Below are positions 21,262 to 29,654 of a DNA stretch of 56,130 nt, piece after piece. The stretch's first letter is position 1; each line of letters begins with the position of its first letter. The stretch is from a virus (Duplodnaviria; Caudoviricetes): the IMG/VR virus record IMGVR_UViG_3300020165_000025, positions 1-56,130 of that record; one strand, written 5' to 3'. A program made the translations under genes and the position numbers. The notes beneath the pieces were generated by a model, which was not told the origin of the DNA, did no database searches, and worked only from the letters and a program-made list of their open reading frames with translations.

Positions 21262-21783
21262 CTATCCGTTTAAAAATTTTACCCTGTTTTGTTTTATAAG
21301 TTTTTGTATGACCTCGTGTTCTTTTTTAGGGTTGTGAATATGACCCCTCACCTCATTGTCTCCATAATGATGTTCGTTTCTTTCCCACCAATCAAATCCA
21401 GTTATAACAACATCGTCGTAACGTTCTAGCATTTTATAGATTGCTATCAACCCTGTGCTTGGGGCTGCCCCTAATCCTATTTTTCCTACAAACTCTTTTG
21501 TTATTTTTTTACAATCAGGGCGGCTCTTTAAAATACTTTGATATACTTTACATTTGCTTTCATTCCATGTCCAACTATGAAATAGAACTTCTTTAAAGGT
21601 ATTTATATTTTTGATGTGGTGTATGTTTACAGTAAACCATATATCTGTTTTTGTTCCTGTGTATTGTTCGTATCCTTTTATTTTGAAGCTATTGAATCTT
21701 AAAACCGTATCAAATCCATCTATCTTTTTGCCGTCTTGATTATCTTTTATTGATGTTCCGTTGCCAACAATAATTATACTCAT
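21262..21783 (-). CDS. GT29 (sialyltransferase-like) glycosyltransferase
   Basis: Sialylmotif-like IVGNG...G.KID.FD.V.RFN...G.KTD, PSTGL.AI, HY and H...KE. Confidence 0.75.
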   Translation of the reverse strand: MSIIIVGNGTSIKDNQDGKKIDGFDTVLRFNSFKIKGYEQYTGTKTDIWFTVNIHHIKNINTFKEVLFHSWTWNESKCKVYQSILKSRPDCKKITKEFVGKIGLGAAPSTGLIAIYKMLERYDDVVITGFDWWERNEHHYGDNEVRGHIHNPKKEHEVIQKLIKQNRVKFLNG

Positions 21784-22601
21784 TAATCTTGTACCGTATC
21801 AGGAGTTAGAAAGGGTTGGTCAACTTGATCGTCTGTATATTTGTGGAATTGGGAAAGTCTATCTTGTTCTTTTAGCATTGCCATTCTCATTTTTTCCATT
21901 TCGACACCGTAAGATTTTGTTATCTCAGGATTAGCAATCAAATACGCCATGTATCCAGAGAAGCTTGTTTTGCTGTCCTCGAAACGTTTCACCCTTTGCT
22001 CACGGGTAGCTTTCATTTCTTTAAGCATAGAATTTTTCTTAGTTTGAAGTTCCCTATAGTCTTTGTTCAGAGACTCTTGAGAAGCCTTCAGGGAGGCCAC
22101 CTGACGCTCCATATTAAATATTTGGTCTAGATCTTGCTGATCAGGATCTCGCGCCCTCTCTTCAGCTATGAGGGCAGCCAACGCGCTTATTTGTTCTATG
22201 TTATCTTTGTTATGTTTTAATGACCTATTCATAAGTAGTTCTAGTTTGATCAAGTCAACCACTTGTAGTTCTTCTGTTGGAATAACATCATCTTTAAACT
22301 GTGAAATAATTCTAGCCCAATGATATTGAAAAAGTTTTAGTTCGTCTTCAGTAAACTGTTGTTTTAGCTCTATCCAGTAGGGGCGAAACTGTAAATCGAA
22401 CTGAGCTTCCTCTTCTGCGGAGTTTTGCATCCAAGAGGGCTTCTCAAACGTACCTTTGGCGACCTTTCTCTTGATAAAATCTAAAATGGACTCAGGAGTT
22501 CGGTTTAGCTCGGTTGCCACTCGGTTATGGTCGCGATCTAGGTTGTTTTTGATGAAATTTTCTTCATCTTTGGATATTCTACCCTTTTTCATGGTATCCA
22601 T
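21783..22601 (-). CDS. Coiled-coil protein with N-terminal HTH-like segment (terminase small subunit candidate)
   Basis: VATELNRTPESI HTH-like segment, then a long coiled coil; same operon as terL. Confidence 0.5.
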   Translation of the reverse strand: MDTMKKGRISKDEENFIKNNLDRDHNRVATELNRTPESILDFIKRKVAKGTFEKPSWMQNSAEEEAQFDLQFRPYWIELKQQFTEDELKLFQYHWARIISQFKDDVIPTEELQVVDLIKLELLMNRSLKHNKDNIEQISALAALIAEERARDPDQQDLDQIFNMERQVASLKASQESLNKDYRELQTKKNSMLKEMKATREQRVKRFEDSKTSFSGYMAYLIANPEITKSYGVEMEKMRMAMLKEQDRLSQFHKYTDDQVDQPFLTPDTVQD

Positions 22602-23094
22602 GCTCCTCTAGTATGTCTGAAATCATATCTATAATTTCTTCTCTGCGTTGTTTGGTAACATAAACGTCGTTGATTATCTTTAAGTAGTCCATTCTTACTT
22701 GTGCGGGCAAATATTTATTAACTAAATCAACTATATCTCTGTTTTCTATGTCGTCATAGGATATTGAATACTTTTCTCTTTCGTCAATCAACTGCTCTTC
22801 GTAGTCTAGTTGTGCTGGCTGAAGAACTTTGGATCGATCTTCGTCTGAATTAGCTAAAAAATGATTGTCTCTAACAAAGTTTTTGAGTCTGTTGGAAAGA
22901 TTGACACATAGGAAGTTATAAAGAGGGCGACATCCATCATATCTATTAAGGGCTTCCATACATATAATAAAGGCTTCCTGTTTCATGTCATTAACTGTAT
23001 AGCCATAGAATGTATATCTGGGTGCAATCAACTGACATACAGTTGTTATTGTCTCTACAACCTCTTCTTCTGTCATTCCCTTGGGAATATTCAT
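22579..23094 (-). CDS. Sigma70-family (region 2-like) phage transcription factor
   Basis: DMKQEAFI.C.EAL.RYD...PL.NFL...L.NRLKNF.R; start moved to MNIP. Confidence 0.7.
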   Translation of the reverse strand: MNIPKGMTEEEVVETITTVCQLIAPRYTFYGYTVNDMKQEAFIICMEALNRYDGCRPLYNFLCVNLSNRLKNFVRDNHFLANSDEDRSKVLQPAQLDYEEQLIDEREKYSISYDDIENRDIVDLVNKYLPAQVRMDYLKIINDVYVTKQRREEIIDMISDILEEHGYHEKG

Positions 23095-23095
23095 G

Positions 23096-23884
23096 TTAAT
23101 CCTCTGTTTTGATCTTTCTCCACTTGGTTCCGTCGAAAAATTCAAGTGAGTTGGTTGATTTATTGTAAAATATAAGCCCTTGTTCTTTGTTTCTCGGTTT
23201 TGATCGAGGTTTGAGAACCATTTGGGATAATAATAACTTAGACTTAGAACTTGTTAGCTCGAAATGGTCAGAAGATATTAAAATAGGGTCAGAATTAGAC
23301 TGAAGTGTTTTTACAACGTAGTCTGGGGATATTATAAGAGATATATCGTCAGAGTCTAATGCTTGAATCTCTCCATCTAGTCTTCCTAGAACCGAGTTGT
23401 TTGTCAACTCAACTGGAGAGGGCGATAATTCGTCTGTACTACATATAATAGAGTGATTTCTGTAAAATAAATCTATGTAGTTGGTGGGAATGTAAGAGCC
23501 AATGACTGCATAAGTGTCATCGGGTAGAATAAAGCACCCGTTGGTGTCTTTCATTGCACATGAGGCAACCTCTTCGCTCTCTATCGACGATAGGGCGGTT
23601 TCTCTGTCTAAGAAAAATGTATCTCTGGATTTTTTAACTCGTGCGATTCCAGACTCTTTCCTTGTAAGCTTTCTAGAGTTTATGTCTAGACTGTCGAAAG
23701 TTTCCAAGGTGTAAAAGAAGCCAGTGTCTTGATCAAAAGATTTTCTGAGACTATCTTCTTCTTGTATATATCCAGTGAGATGACTTCCAGTTTTTGCAAG
23801 TTCATCGACTTCCAGTAAGTGTACTACGCCATTTATAAATTTAGCAGGACTTACAGTAAAGTTTTTATTCCTTATCTTCGTCAT
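23096..23884 (-). CDS. Hypothetical protein, possibly structural
   Basis: 262 aa; C-terminal G.IFYN......EFFDG.KW motif seen in fibre proteins. Confidence 0.65.
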   Translation of the reverse strand: MTKIRNKNFTVSPAKFINGVVHLLEVDELAKTGSHLTGYIQEEDSLRKSFDQDTGFFYTLETFDSLDINSRKLTRKESGIARVKKSRDTFFLDRETALSSIESEEVASCAMKDTNGCFILPDDTYAVIGSYIPTNYIDLFYRNHSIICSTDELSPSPVELTNNSVLGRLDGEIQALDSDDISLIISPDYVVKTLQSNSDPILISSDHFELTSSKSKLLLSQMVLKPRSKPRNKEQGLIFYNKSTNSLEFFDGTKWRKIKTED

Positions 23885-24023
23885 TTTGCAAAAGTTCCTT
23901 TAGTGGTTTATCTTCTTCTTCCAATTCCTCTTTGATTCTTGTCTTTAGGGCGGCAGTAGCCTTGCAGCTAAGTTGAGCCTCTACCTCTTTAACAGACGGC
24001 ATCTTTTTCTTTTTGTTAGTCAT
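23865..24023 (-). CDS. Small charged protein (52 aa; not in ORF track)
   Basis: MTNKKKKMPSVKE...QNDEDKE; AAGG RBS; first gene of the minus-strand block. Confidence 0.6.
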   Translation of the reverse strand: MTNKKKKMPSVKEVEAQLSCKATAALKTRIKEELEEEDKPLKELLQNDEDKE

Positions 24024-24071
24024 TGTTAGTTACCTTGATTGATTTGTATTAAGCTTAAACCTGTATACTAT

Positions 24072-24080
24072 ATAATACAC
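24072..24080 (-). promoter_or_regulatory. Putative late promoter variant GTGTATTAT
   Basis: Heads the minus-strand block. Confidence 0.5.
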
Positions 24081-24164
24081 GAAAAGTAGCTTTTTTCCAA
24101 AAAGTAATTTGAAGATTTGGTAAAATAGACTATAATATAGATGATTAATGGTTGAAAAGTGATC

Positions 24165-24445
24165 GAATCCAGTAAATAATTGTACAAATCCGAAAAAGGG
24201 GCTGTGGTAACGAGGCCAAGTCCATCTGGAAAGAAAGTTACATGAGAGTGTCCAAGCACTCCGAGATTAGGCAAATTAAATCTAGGCAATGTCCAGCCAT
24301 GACAACCTAGTACCTGTGAAGAGTCCGAGAGGGCGAACAAAGCAAAGAATATCATCTAGTATTTAAGACCTAATTGCTTTCTAACTCAACCTGTACCTTG
24401 ATCTTCTTCACAGGTATAAATGGCCTTGGTGTAGAGTAATATAAA
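24165..24445 (+). ncRNA. Large structured ncRNA, copy A (double pseudoknot, unassigned)
   Basis: Follows TATAAT at 24131; paralogue of 48545-48835 with compensatory changes in five helices. Confidence 0.75.
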
Positions 24446-24645
24446 AAATTTAGGGGCGATCAGGGTCTGTTAGGCACTGTCTAATTATTATTTATGGGCC
24501 GACTTATATACTTTAGGTAAGACACCCCTATTTCTGCTCCGTGATTGCGTATGAACCACCCAAGCTTTTTTCGCGTGAAAAGCGGTTAACTGGTCTGAAG
24601 ATAAAACACCCCCAACCCCAATTTCAGCCGCAGGTAGGGCGAAGC

Positions 24646-24678
24646 GACGTAAACCATTGGCATATAAGGACTTACGTC
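24646..24678. repeat. Palindromic element (single) TAARYCCTT-N7-AAGGACTTA
   Basis: gacgtaaaccatt-ggcatat-aaggacttacgtc. Confidence 0.85.
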
Positions 24679-24735
24679 AATTTTATCGCGTAATAAAAAA
24701 CTTTGATAAAAATATAAAAAAAGACTGGATAGCTA

Positions 24736-24763
24736 TTGACTTTTCTGCCGATATATGTATAAT
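24736..24763 (+). promoter_or_regulatory. Sigma70 early promoter, first of about 27 similar ones
   Basis: TTGACT-16-TATAAT with GCCGATA in the spacer. Others near 25068, 26850, 28773, 31095, 31292, 31564, 31929, 32733, 32921, 33286, 34454, 35844, 36297, 37503, 37645, 39113, 40194, 41517, 41979, 44166, 44866, 47095, 48324, 48855, 51171. Confidence 0.9.
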
Positions 24764-24824
24764 AGAGGCATAAGAAGTTAAGAGACTTCAAAACATTTTC
24801 CCCGATCTTGAAAGGATCAACAAT

Positions 24825-25058
24825 ATGAAATTCATCACACTAACCAAACCTGTTACCGTTCCTGCTGCTGACCTATTCAGCAAGCCAACCATCCTACCTG
24901 CTGGAAAGCGATTTAAGATTACTGATCGCGACGGTATCGCGATTGATGGTAAAACCATCTTCAAGCGTATGGCGGTTGTCGATGGTCGATTCATCGACTT
25001 GGACATTCCAACCGATGCGGTTACCAAAAAAACTTTGGAAAACTTCAAGATTAACTGA
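24825..25058 (+). CDS. Early hypothetical protein
   Basis: Own promoter, AAAGGA RBS. Confidence 0.75.
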   Translation: MKFITLTKPVTVPAADLFSKPTILPAGKRFKITDRDGIAIDGKTIFKRMAVVDGRFIDLDIPTDAVTKKTLENFKIN

Positions 25059-25140
25059 TGATACCCCTTGACAAATGCCGATAATTATGTTATAATGTTA
25101 TTATAACAAGTTAACAACAACACAACAGAAAGAAAACATT

Positions 25141-25362
25141 ATGCGACTTGGACAAACTTACAACGGTTGGAGAAACCGAGAAACTTGGCTTGTCAACTTA
25201 TGGTATGGTGATGTCGGCATCGACATTGACTGCGTTAGGGAAATACTGGAAGAAATGGTTGAGAATTTGGGCAATGGCATTTTGCAAGATATGCTCGACC
25301 TTGATTGTATCGACTGGGATGAGTTGCGGGAATCTTGGGAAGATACAGACGAAGAAGAATAG
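25141..25362 (+). CDS. Early acidic protein (YNGW.N.ETW.V.LW phage family)
   Basis: Own promoter; conserved-looking N-terminal motif; acidic C-terminus. Confidence 0.75.
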   Translation: MRLGQTYNGWRNRETWLVNLWYGDVGIDIDCVREILEEMVENLGNGILQDMLDLDCIDWDELRESWEDTDEEE

Positions 25363-25390
25363 CAGGTGCAAGCCGATTGCAACTAGAATT

Positions 25391-25475
25391 GACGCAAACC
25401 CTTGGTGCGTAAGGACTTAGGTCGGCTGGGGCAGCAAAAATCGTCGTAAACCCTTGGCGTATAAGGACTTACGAC
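25391..25475. repeat. Paired palindromic element (52-bp period)
   Basis: Two palindromes with a GC-rich linker. Confidence 0.9.
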
Positions 25476-25508
25476 AACAAAAAAGTTGGATTATTCTCAA
25501 ATTTTGAT

Positions 25509-25670
25509 TTTAGGTGGACACATGGTAAATGTGAATAGGTTTCCCCAGCAGCATAAAACCACGGTTTTTACCGAGTCAAAAAAACCTTTCCCCAGTTGCT
25601 CATTTTCGAGCTAAACCCTTGGTGTGTATAGACTTACGGCGACGATTTGACTCTCTCTGTATAATTAAGT
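25509..25670 (+). repeat. ~160-bp composite promoter-like repeat, copy 1
   Basis: Homologous to 28501-28662 and 29783-29936; contains one palindrome and ends in TATAAT. Confidence 0.85.
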
Positions 25671-25698
25671 GAAAGAAAGAAAAAAGGACATTAAAACT

Positions 25699-25788
25699 AT
25701 GAAAACAATCATCAACTTAATCATCGAACTGACCAAAGCCTTTTGTGAGGATATTAACAAAGTCCGAAAAGATAGAATTAATTTCTAA
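25699..25788 (+). CDS. 29-aa peptide
   Basis: AAAGGA RBS, downstream of the composite promoter. Confidence 0.5.
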   Translation: MKTIINLIIELTKAFCEDINKVRKDRINF

Positions 25789-25801
25789 AAAGGTCGGCAA
25801 A

Positions 25802-25818
25802 GTGACCTAACGTGTCAC
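25802..25818 (+). promoter_or_regulatory. GTGAC-N7-GTCAC operator over the -35 region (7 copies)
   Basis: Also at 26687, 27418, 29996, 30145, 30449 and inverted at 34362; six are followed by a -10 box at fixed distance. Confidence 0.8.
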
Positions 25819-25896
25819 ACCCATAGACGATAATACTAATATAAGAAGTTAACAGTTAACTTCACAAAACTACTCGATCTTGAAAGGATCAACATT

Positions 25897-26097
25897 ATGA
25901 CTACTCCAAAATACCTAGAGATGTTCGAAATCTTCGATTGCGATAGCAACGATCATCGACCACTGGCACAGTTGCCAAACATGCGAGATGCTATGAACTT
26001 CGTTCGTGGTACTAGCATGGATTTACAAATCGAATCACGCTTCGTCGATGTAGATACTTTCTACCGTTGCGTTGAACTTAGCAAGAAAGGTAAGTAA
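25897..26097 (+). CDS. Early hypothetical protein
   Basis: AAAGGA RBS within the GATC hairpin. Confidence 0.7.
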   Translation: MTTPKYLEMFEIFDCDSNDHRPLAQLPNMRDAMNFVRGTSMDLQIESRFVDVDTFYRCVELSKKGK

Positions 26098-26099
26098 TT

Positions 26100-26264
26100 A
26101 TGACTTATGCAATATTTAATCTCGTGCTTGACTGGTGCGGTAAACAGATCGACAAAGCACACGCCGAATTGGTTGAGGATGGTGAAACAAAGGTATCAAT
26201 GGAATACCTCGAAGCTATCCGCAATCTAGTGGTGGCGGTGTCCAATGTAAAGAAATATCACTAG
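26100..26264 (+). CDS. 54-aa hypothetical protein
   Basis: AAAGG RBS; fills the gap between neighbours. Confidence 0.6.
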   Translation: MTYAIFNLVLDWCGKQIDKAHAELVEDGETKVSMEYLEAIRNLVVAVSNVKKYH

Positions 26265-26275
26265 AAAGGATAATT

Positions 26276-26461
26276 ATGATTACTAAAACACTTAACAACG
26301 GTCTCAAACTTGAGATTAAACAATTTTCAACACACGGCTCAATGCGTGTAATCAATCATCGTGGTGTTGTCATCGCTTCCCATAGCTGGCAAAACTCAAA
26401 CAAGTCGTACAAGCGACAATTGATTCAACGCTACGAAGCTTTGAAAATCGTATCAACTTAG
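26276..26461 (+). CDS. Early hypothetical protein
   Basis: AAAGGA RBS. Confidence 0.7.
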   Translation: MITKTLNNGLKLEIKQFSTHGSMRVINHRGVVIASHSWQNSNKSYKRQLIQRYEALKIVST

Positions 26462-26551
26462 GTGCAATTGCAAACCGATTGCATTTACCGTAATTGCAAA
26501 CCAATTGCATGTCGCACCCCAACCAGCCGAGTAGCGACACACTACAATTAT

Positions 26552-26637
26552 GACGTAAACCCTTGTCACATAAGGACTTAGGGCGCTGGGCGCTGCCGCC
26601 GCCGGCCGTAAACCCTTGATACATAAGGACTTACGTC
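26552..26637. repeat. Paired palindromic element (53-bp period)
   Basis: Spacers gtcacat and gatacat; GC-rich linker. Confidence 0.9.
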
Positions 26638-26757
26638 AATTTTGATTTAAAATAATATCAAAAAAATTTTATTTTATTGTGAGTTTTTGACCTAACGTGT
26701 CACACTGGTATGCGATAATATATATATAAGAAGTTATTAAGCAAGAAAGAGGAAAAG

Positions 26758-26853
26758 ATGACAGAAACAGACTTAAACGTATACATCTCACTAGCGATTG
26801 TCCTATCTGTGATTGTGGGAATTATTTCGCATTTTTTCTCAGATACCCCTTGA
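26758..26853 (+). CDS. 31-aa single-TM peptide
   Basis: GAGGA RBS; hydrophobic VYISLAIVLSVIVGII. Confidence 0.55.
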   Translation: MTETDLNVYISLAIVLSVIVGIISHFFSDTP

Positions 26854-26905
26854 CAAATTAAGATTTTATGGTATAATTAAATATATGAAAAAGAAAGATA
26901 ACAAC

Positions 26906-27397
26906 ATGAAAAAAGCCTTTGTATTTGATTTTGATGATACCCTTGCGACTACTGATTGCATGGTTTTGGTTCGAAATATCGACGGTAAACACGTCCGCAA
27001 ACTAACACCGGCAGAGTTTAACATCTACACACTGCCACCCTTCTGCCGATATGATTTTAGCGAGTTCCGATCCGCTGAGTTTATCCACAATGCAAACCCA
27101 ACAAAGTTAATTGATTTTGCGAAAGAAGTACACGATGAAGGCCACAGTGTTTATGTTCTTACCGCTCGCACTGATAACGTAGCCGATGCAATATTTGATT
27201 GGCTTTGCGGTTTTGAGATTCAGCCTATTCGCGTTTACGGTGTTGGTTCCGATGATAAAAAAGTTGACATTGCAGAAGAAAAGCAGAACGTTTTGAGAAC
27301 CTTGAATCAGGTTTTCGATGTTGTCTATTTCTACGATGACGATCAACACAATATTGATATGGCCGATCAAGTCGGCGTTAAAACTTATTTGATTTAA
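26906..27397 (+). CDS. HAD-superfamily phosphatase
   Basis: FDFDDTL, LTAR, K and FYDDD motifs. Confidence 0.85.
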   Translation: MKKAFVFDFDDTLATTDCMVLVRNIDGKHVRKLTPAEFNIYTLPPFCRYDFSEFRSAEFIHNANPTKLIDFAKEVHDEGHSVYVLTARTDNVADAIFDWLCGFEIQPIRVYGVGSDDKKVDIAEEKQNVLRTLNQVFDVVYFYDDDQHNIDMADQVGVKTYLI

Positions 27398-27487
27398 TTT
27401 GGAAAAATATTGAAATTGTGACCTAACGTGTCACACACCTATGCTATAATAGGGTATAACAGAAAACAACTTAGAAAGGTTAAGATT

Positions 27488-27922
27488 ATGACAAAATTTG
27501 ATTTCTCAAAAACTATCGGTGGAAAGATTCACGCGGAAGCGATCAAGACTCTACGCGATTGCGTAACCGTTGACAACTCAACAATCATCGCTCTCGGACA
27601 ACCAGAGATGGTGGACGAAGTTCGTGGATGTCGTACACTTGCACGACTCGAAGAATTGTGCAACAAGCGTGACAAAATCAGCGAACACACAATCGCCAAG
27701 GCTACAAAGTCCAGAAACGTGGAAAGACTCGCCAAGCAGTTCGAAGCATTGGCTAAGTACAAAACCCACAAAGGTGGTACAGATTTCGTCGATCTGTCTG
27801 GTGAATTTGATTACTCGGATAACGAGTGTGATGAAATCGCTCTGCATCGTGCGGAGTGTGCGTTGGTCGGTGGAATGATCAACGGCGGTTTGATTGATGC
27901 TGATGATCTTTTGGAGGATTGA
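27488..27922 (+). CDS. Early hypothetical protein
   Basis: AAAGG RBS; start at MTKF. Confidence 0.75.
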   Translation: MTKFDFSKTIGGKIHAEAIKTLRDCVTVDNSTIIALGQPEMVDEVRGCRTLARLEELCNKRDKISEHTIAKATKSRNVERLAKQFEALAKYKTHKGGTDFVDLSGEFDYSDNECDEIALHRAECALVGGMINGGLIDADDLLED

Positions 27923-27926
27923 TTCT

Positions 27927-28247
27927 ATGTATATGAGCAAAGTTTCTTATTTAGCTGCGTTATATCGGCCACGAACTCACTCGTTCGCCGTTCACGAATT
28001 TCCGGCAGGCGAATCGTTTGATTTTAATTTAGAGTCGCACGTTTTTATGGCTAATGATAAAGTTATGAAATTGGGCGGTGGATTTTTGCCACTTGGTTAT
28101 GCAACCATTGAATATTTAGACCAAGCAGAAAAAGATCAAGCGTTCCATAAATTTTTTGAGGACACCGTTAAAAAGATCAATGAAGCGCGGCCGATTCCAC
28201 CTTGTGACGTTTCCACGTTCGAGCCACCAAATGAAGAATGGAGCTAA
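27927..28247 (+). CDS. Early hypothetical protein
   Basis: GGAGG RBS. Confidence 0.7.
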   Translation: MYMSKVSYLAALYRPRTHSFAVHEFPAGESFDFNLESHVFMANDKVMKLGGGFLPLGYATIEYLDQAEKDQAFHKFFEDTVKKINEARPIPPCDVSTFEPPNEEWS

Positions 28248-28257
28248 TACAAATATC

Positions 28258-28362
28258 ATGAAAAAAATTAAATACGAAGAATCGCAACCTAATGCAGTGT
28301 TGTTATGTACACTAGCGTTTATTGCCGGAACTTTATTGCAAGCCGCTCTGTGTCTTTTCTAA
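28258..28362 (+). CDS. Small TM peptide
   Basis: GGAG upstream; hydrophobic C-terminus. Confidence 0.45.
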   Translation: MKKIKYEESQPNAVLLCTLAFIAGTLLQAALCLF

Positions 28363-28387
28363 CCTTTGCGGATAGAGCTAAAAGATC

Positions 28388-28473
28388 GACGTAAACCCTT
28401 GGGGCGTAAGGACTTAGGGCGGCGGGGGCTGCCGGCGGCCGACGTAAACCCTTATATACCAACGACTTACGTC
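28388..28473. repeat. Paired palindromic element (53-bp period)
   Basis: Spacers ggggcgt and atatacc. Confidence 0.9.
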
Positions 28474-28500
28474 AATCTTGAAAAACTTTAAAATTTCTTT

Positions 28501-28662
28501 TTTAGGTGGACACCCGAGAAACGGGAAAAGGCTTCCCCAGCAACCATATTACACGGTAAAAACCGAGGTGAAAAAAACCTTTCCCCAGCGACCCAAAATC
28601 GAGCTAAGTCCTTGCCACATAACGAGTTATGGCTTCAATTTGACCTCTCCGGTATAATAAGG
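28501..28662 (+). repeat. ~160-bp composite promoter-like repeat, copy 2
   Basis: Same block order and length as copy 1. Confidence 0.85.
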
Positions 28663-28817
28663 TGTAAGAAGAAAAAAACTCTTCTTCCCAGCCGACCGGC
28701 GAAAGCTAACAGGTGTCGGCAAAATGTTCTTTGAAAATTTGGTTTTTTTTCTGATTTTGTTCAAGATACCCCTTGACAAATGACGATAAATAGTATATAA
28801 TGATAACATGTTCAGAA

Positions 28818-28945
28818 GGATACGTGAGTCTGGAGGCGACTTAACGACGATCAACCTCAATCGGTGCGGCGTATCTGGATGTAAAAGAGATTGTGAACTC
28901 TTAAACACCACAGGGCAGAAGTGGAACTGCCATATCAAAAGCCAC
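28818..28945 (+). ncRNA. Structured leader or sRNA: three-way junction with kissing loops plus two H-type pseudoknots
   Basis: Starts after promoter 28773; GGATACGT/GCGTATCT closing stem; loops GAGG and CCTC. Confidence 0.55.
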
Positions 28946-28954
28946 GGGACAATC

Positions 28955-29182
28955 ATGAGTTTTGATGTGCCTGTAGCACCAAAATTCGACACATGTTTTG
29001 CAATCAATTGCAGAATGTGCAACTCTCAAAATTTTGTGCGAGTTGTCGAAAGTGATTTCGACGCTTGGCGAAATGGCGAGTTTATCCAAAACGCTTTGCC
29101 GTATTTGGACGCAAATCAACGCGAGTTATTAATGACTCAGATTTGCGGCACTTGCTTTGATGCACTCCCTTTTGGGGAATAG
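28955..29182 (+). CDS. Small CxxC..CxxC protein
   Basis: CRMC...W..G.FIQ.ALPYL...QRE.L....CGTC. Confidence 0.7.
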   Translation: MSFDVPVAPKFDTCFAINCRMCNSQNFVRVVESDFDAWRNGEFIQNALPYLDANQRELLMTQICGTCFDALPFGE

Positions 29183-29315
29183 TCGAATTTGCTACCGTTT
29201 GGGGATAACCCTGTGAAGTCTAACCAGCTTTGTCGTTAACCACTCAATTGGTGAGTCGATTAGAGATAGTCGCATTTAATAACTTGGCGAAGTATAAACG
29301 CCAACAATTCAATAC

Positions 29316-29488
29316 GCCCCTATAGTTTAACGGTAAAACATTGTTAACCGACTAAGTGAGTTTGATCGCTCACGATTCTACAACCAGAGCGATGGACGCA
29401 TTAGCTGGGTTGCATTGGCTTGATCACCGATGACACGAATCAGGTTGGATACTTAACAAAGATCGTGGTTCGAATCCACTATGGGGCA
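29316..29488 (+). ncRNA. tRNA-like RNA with a 105-nt structured insertion in the anticodon arm
   Basis: GCCCC/GGGGC acceptor, D arm GTTT-AACGGTA-AAAC, TTGTTAA/TTAACAA stem, T arm GTGG-TTCGAAT-CCAC. Confidence 0.7.
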
Positions 29489-29499
29489 GCACATTCTGA

Positions 29500-29650
29500 T
29501 AACGGGGCGTCATAGCCGAGAGGCAAGACCAATCACGCCCACAAGCCCGCAAGGGTGGAGAGAAGTAGGGTTGGCAAATACAAGGGCTTGACCCGAAAGC
29601 ACCGCCTAAGTCGCGGCCATAGCTGGCGAGCTATTCAAGATACGCCAACA
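29500..29650 (+). ncRNA. Putative structured RNA
   Basis: GGGCGT/ACGCCC stem; GNRA hairpins GCC-GAGA-GGC and CCC-GCAA-GGG; no ORF. Confidence 0.45.
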
Positions 29651-29654
29651 CAAT

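Noticed and set aside
485-23714. Many short plus-strand ORFs in the late region
   Set aside because: Shadow ORFs opposite long, well-supported genes.
24068-24355. 95-aa minus-strand ORF
   Set aside because: Antisense to ncRNA copy A, no RBS, and no equivalent peptide in copy B.
25802-25818. matS, parS or CRP site
   Set aside because: matS is GTGAC-N3-GTCAC and CRP is TGTGA-N6-TCACA, so the spacing differs. No parS consensus.
29209-29219. Third copy of the large ncRNA (CCTGTGAAG)
   Set aside because: No downstream CTTCACAGG complement or other shared helices.
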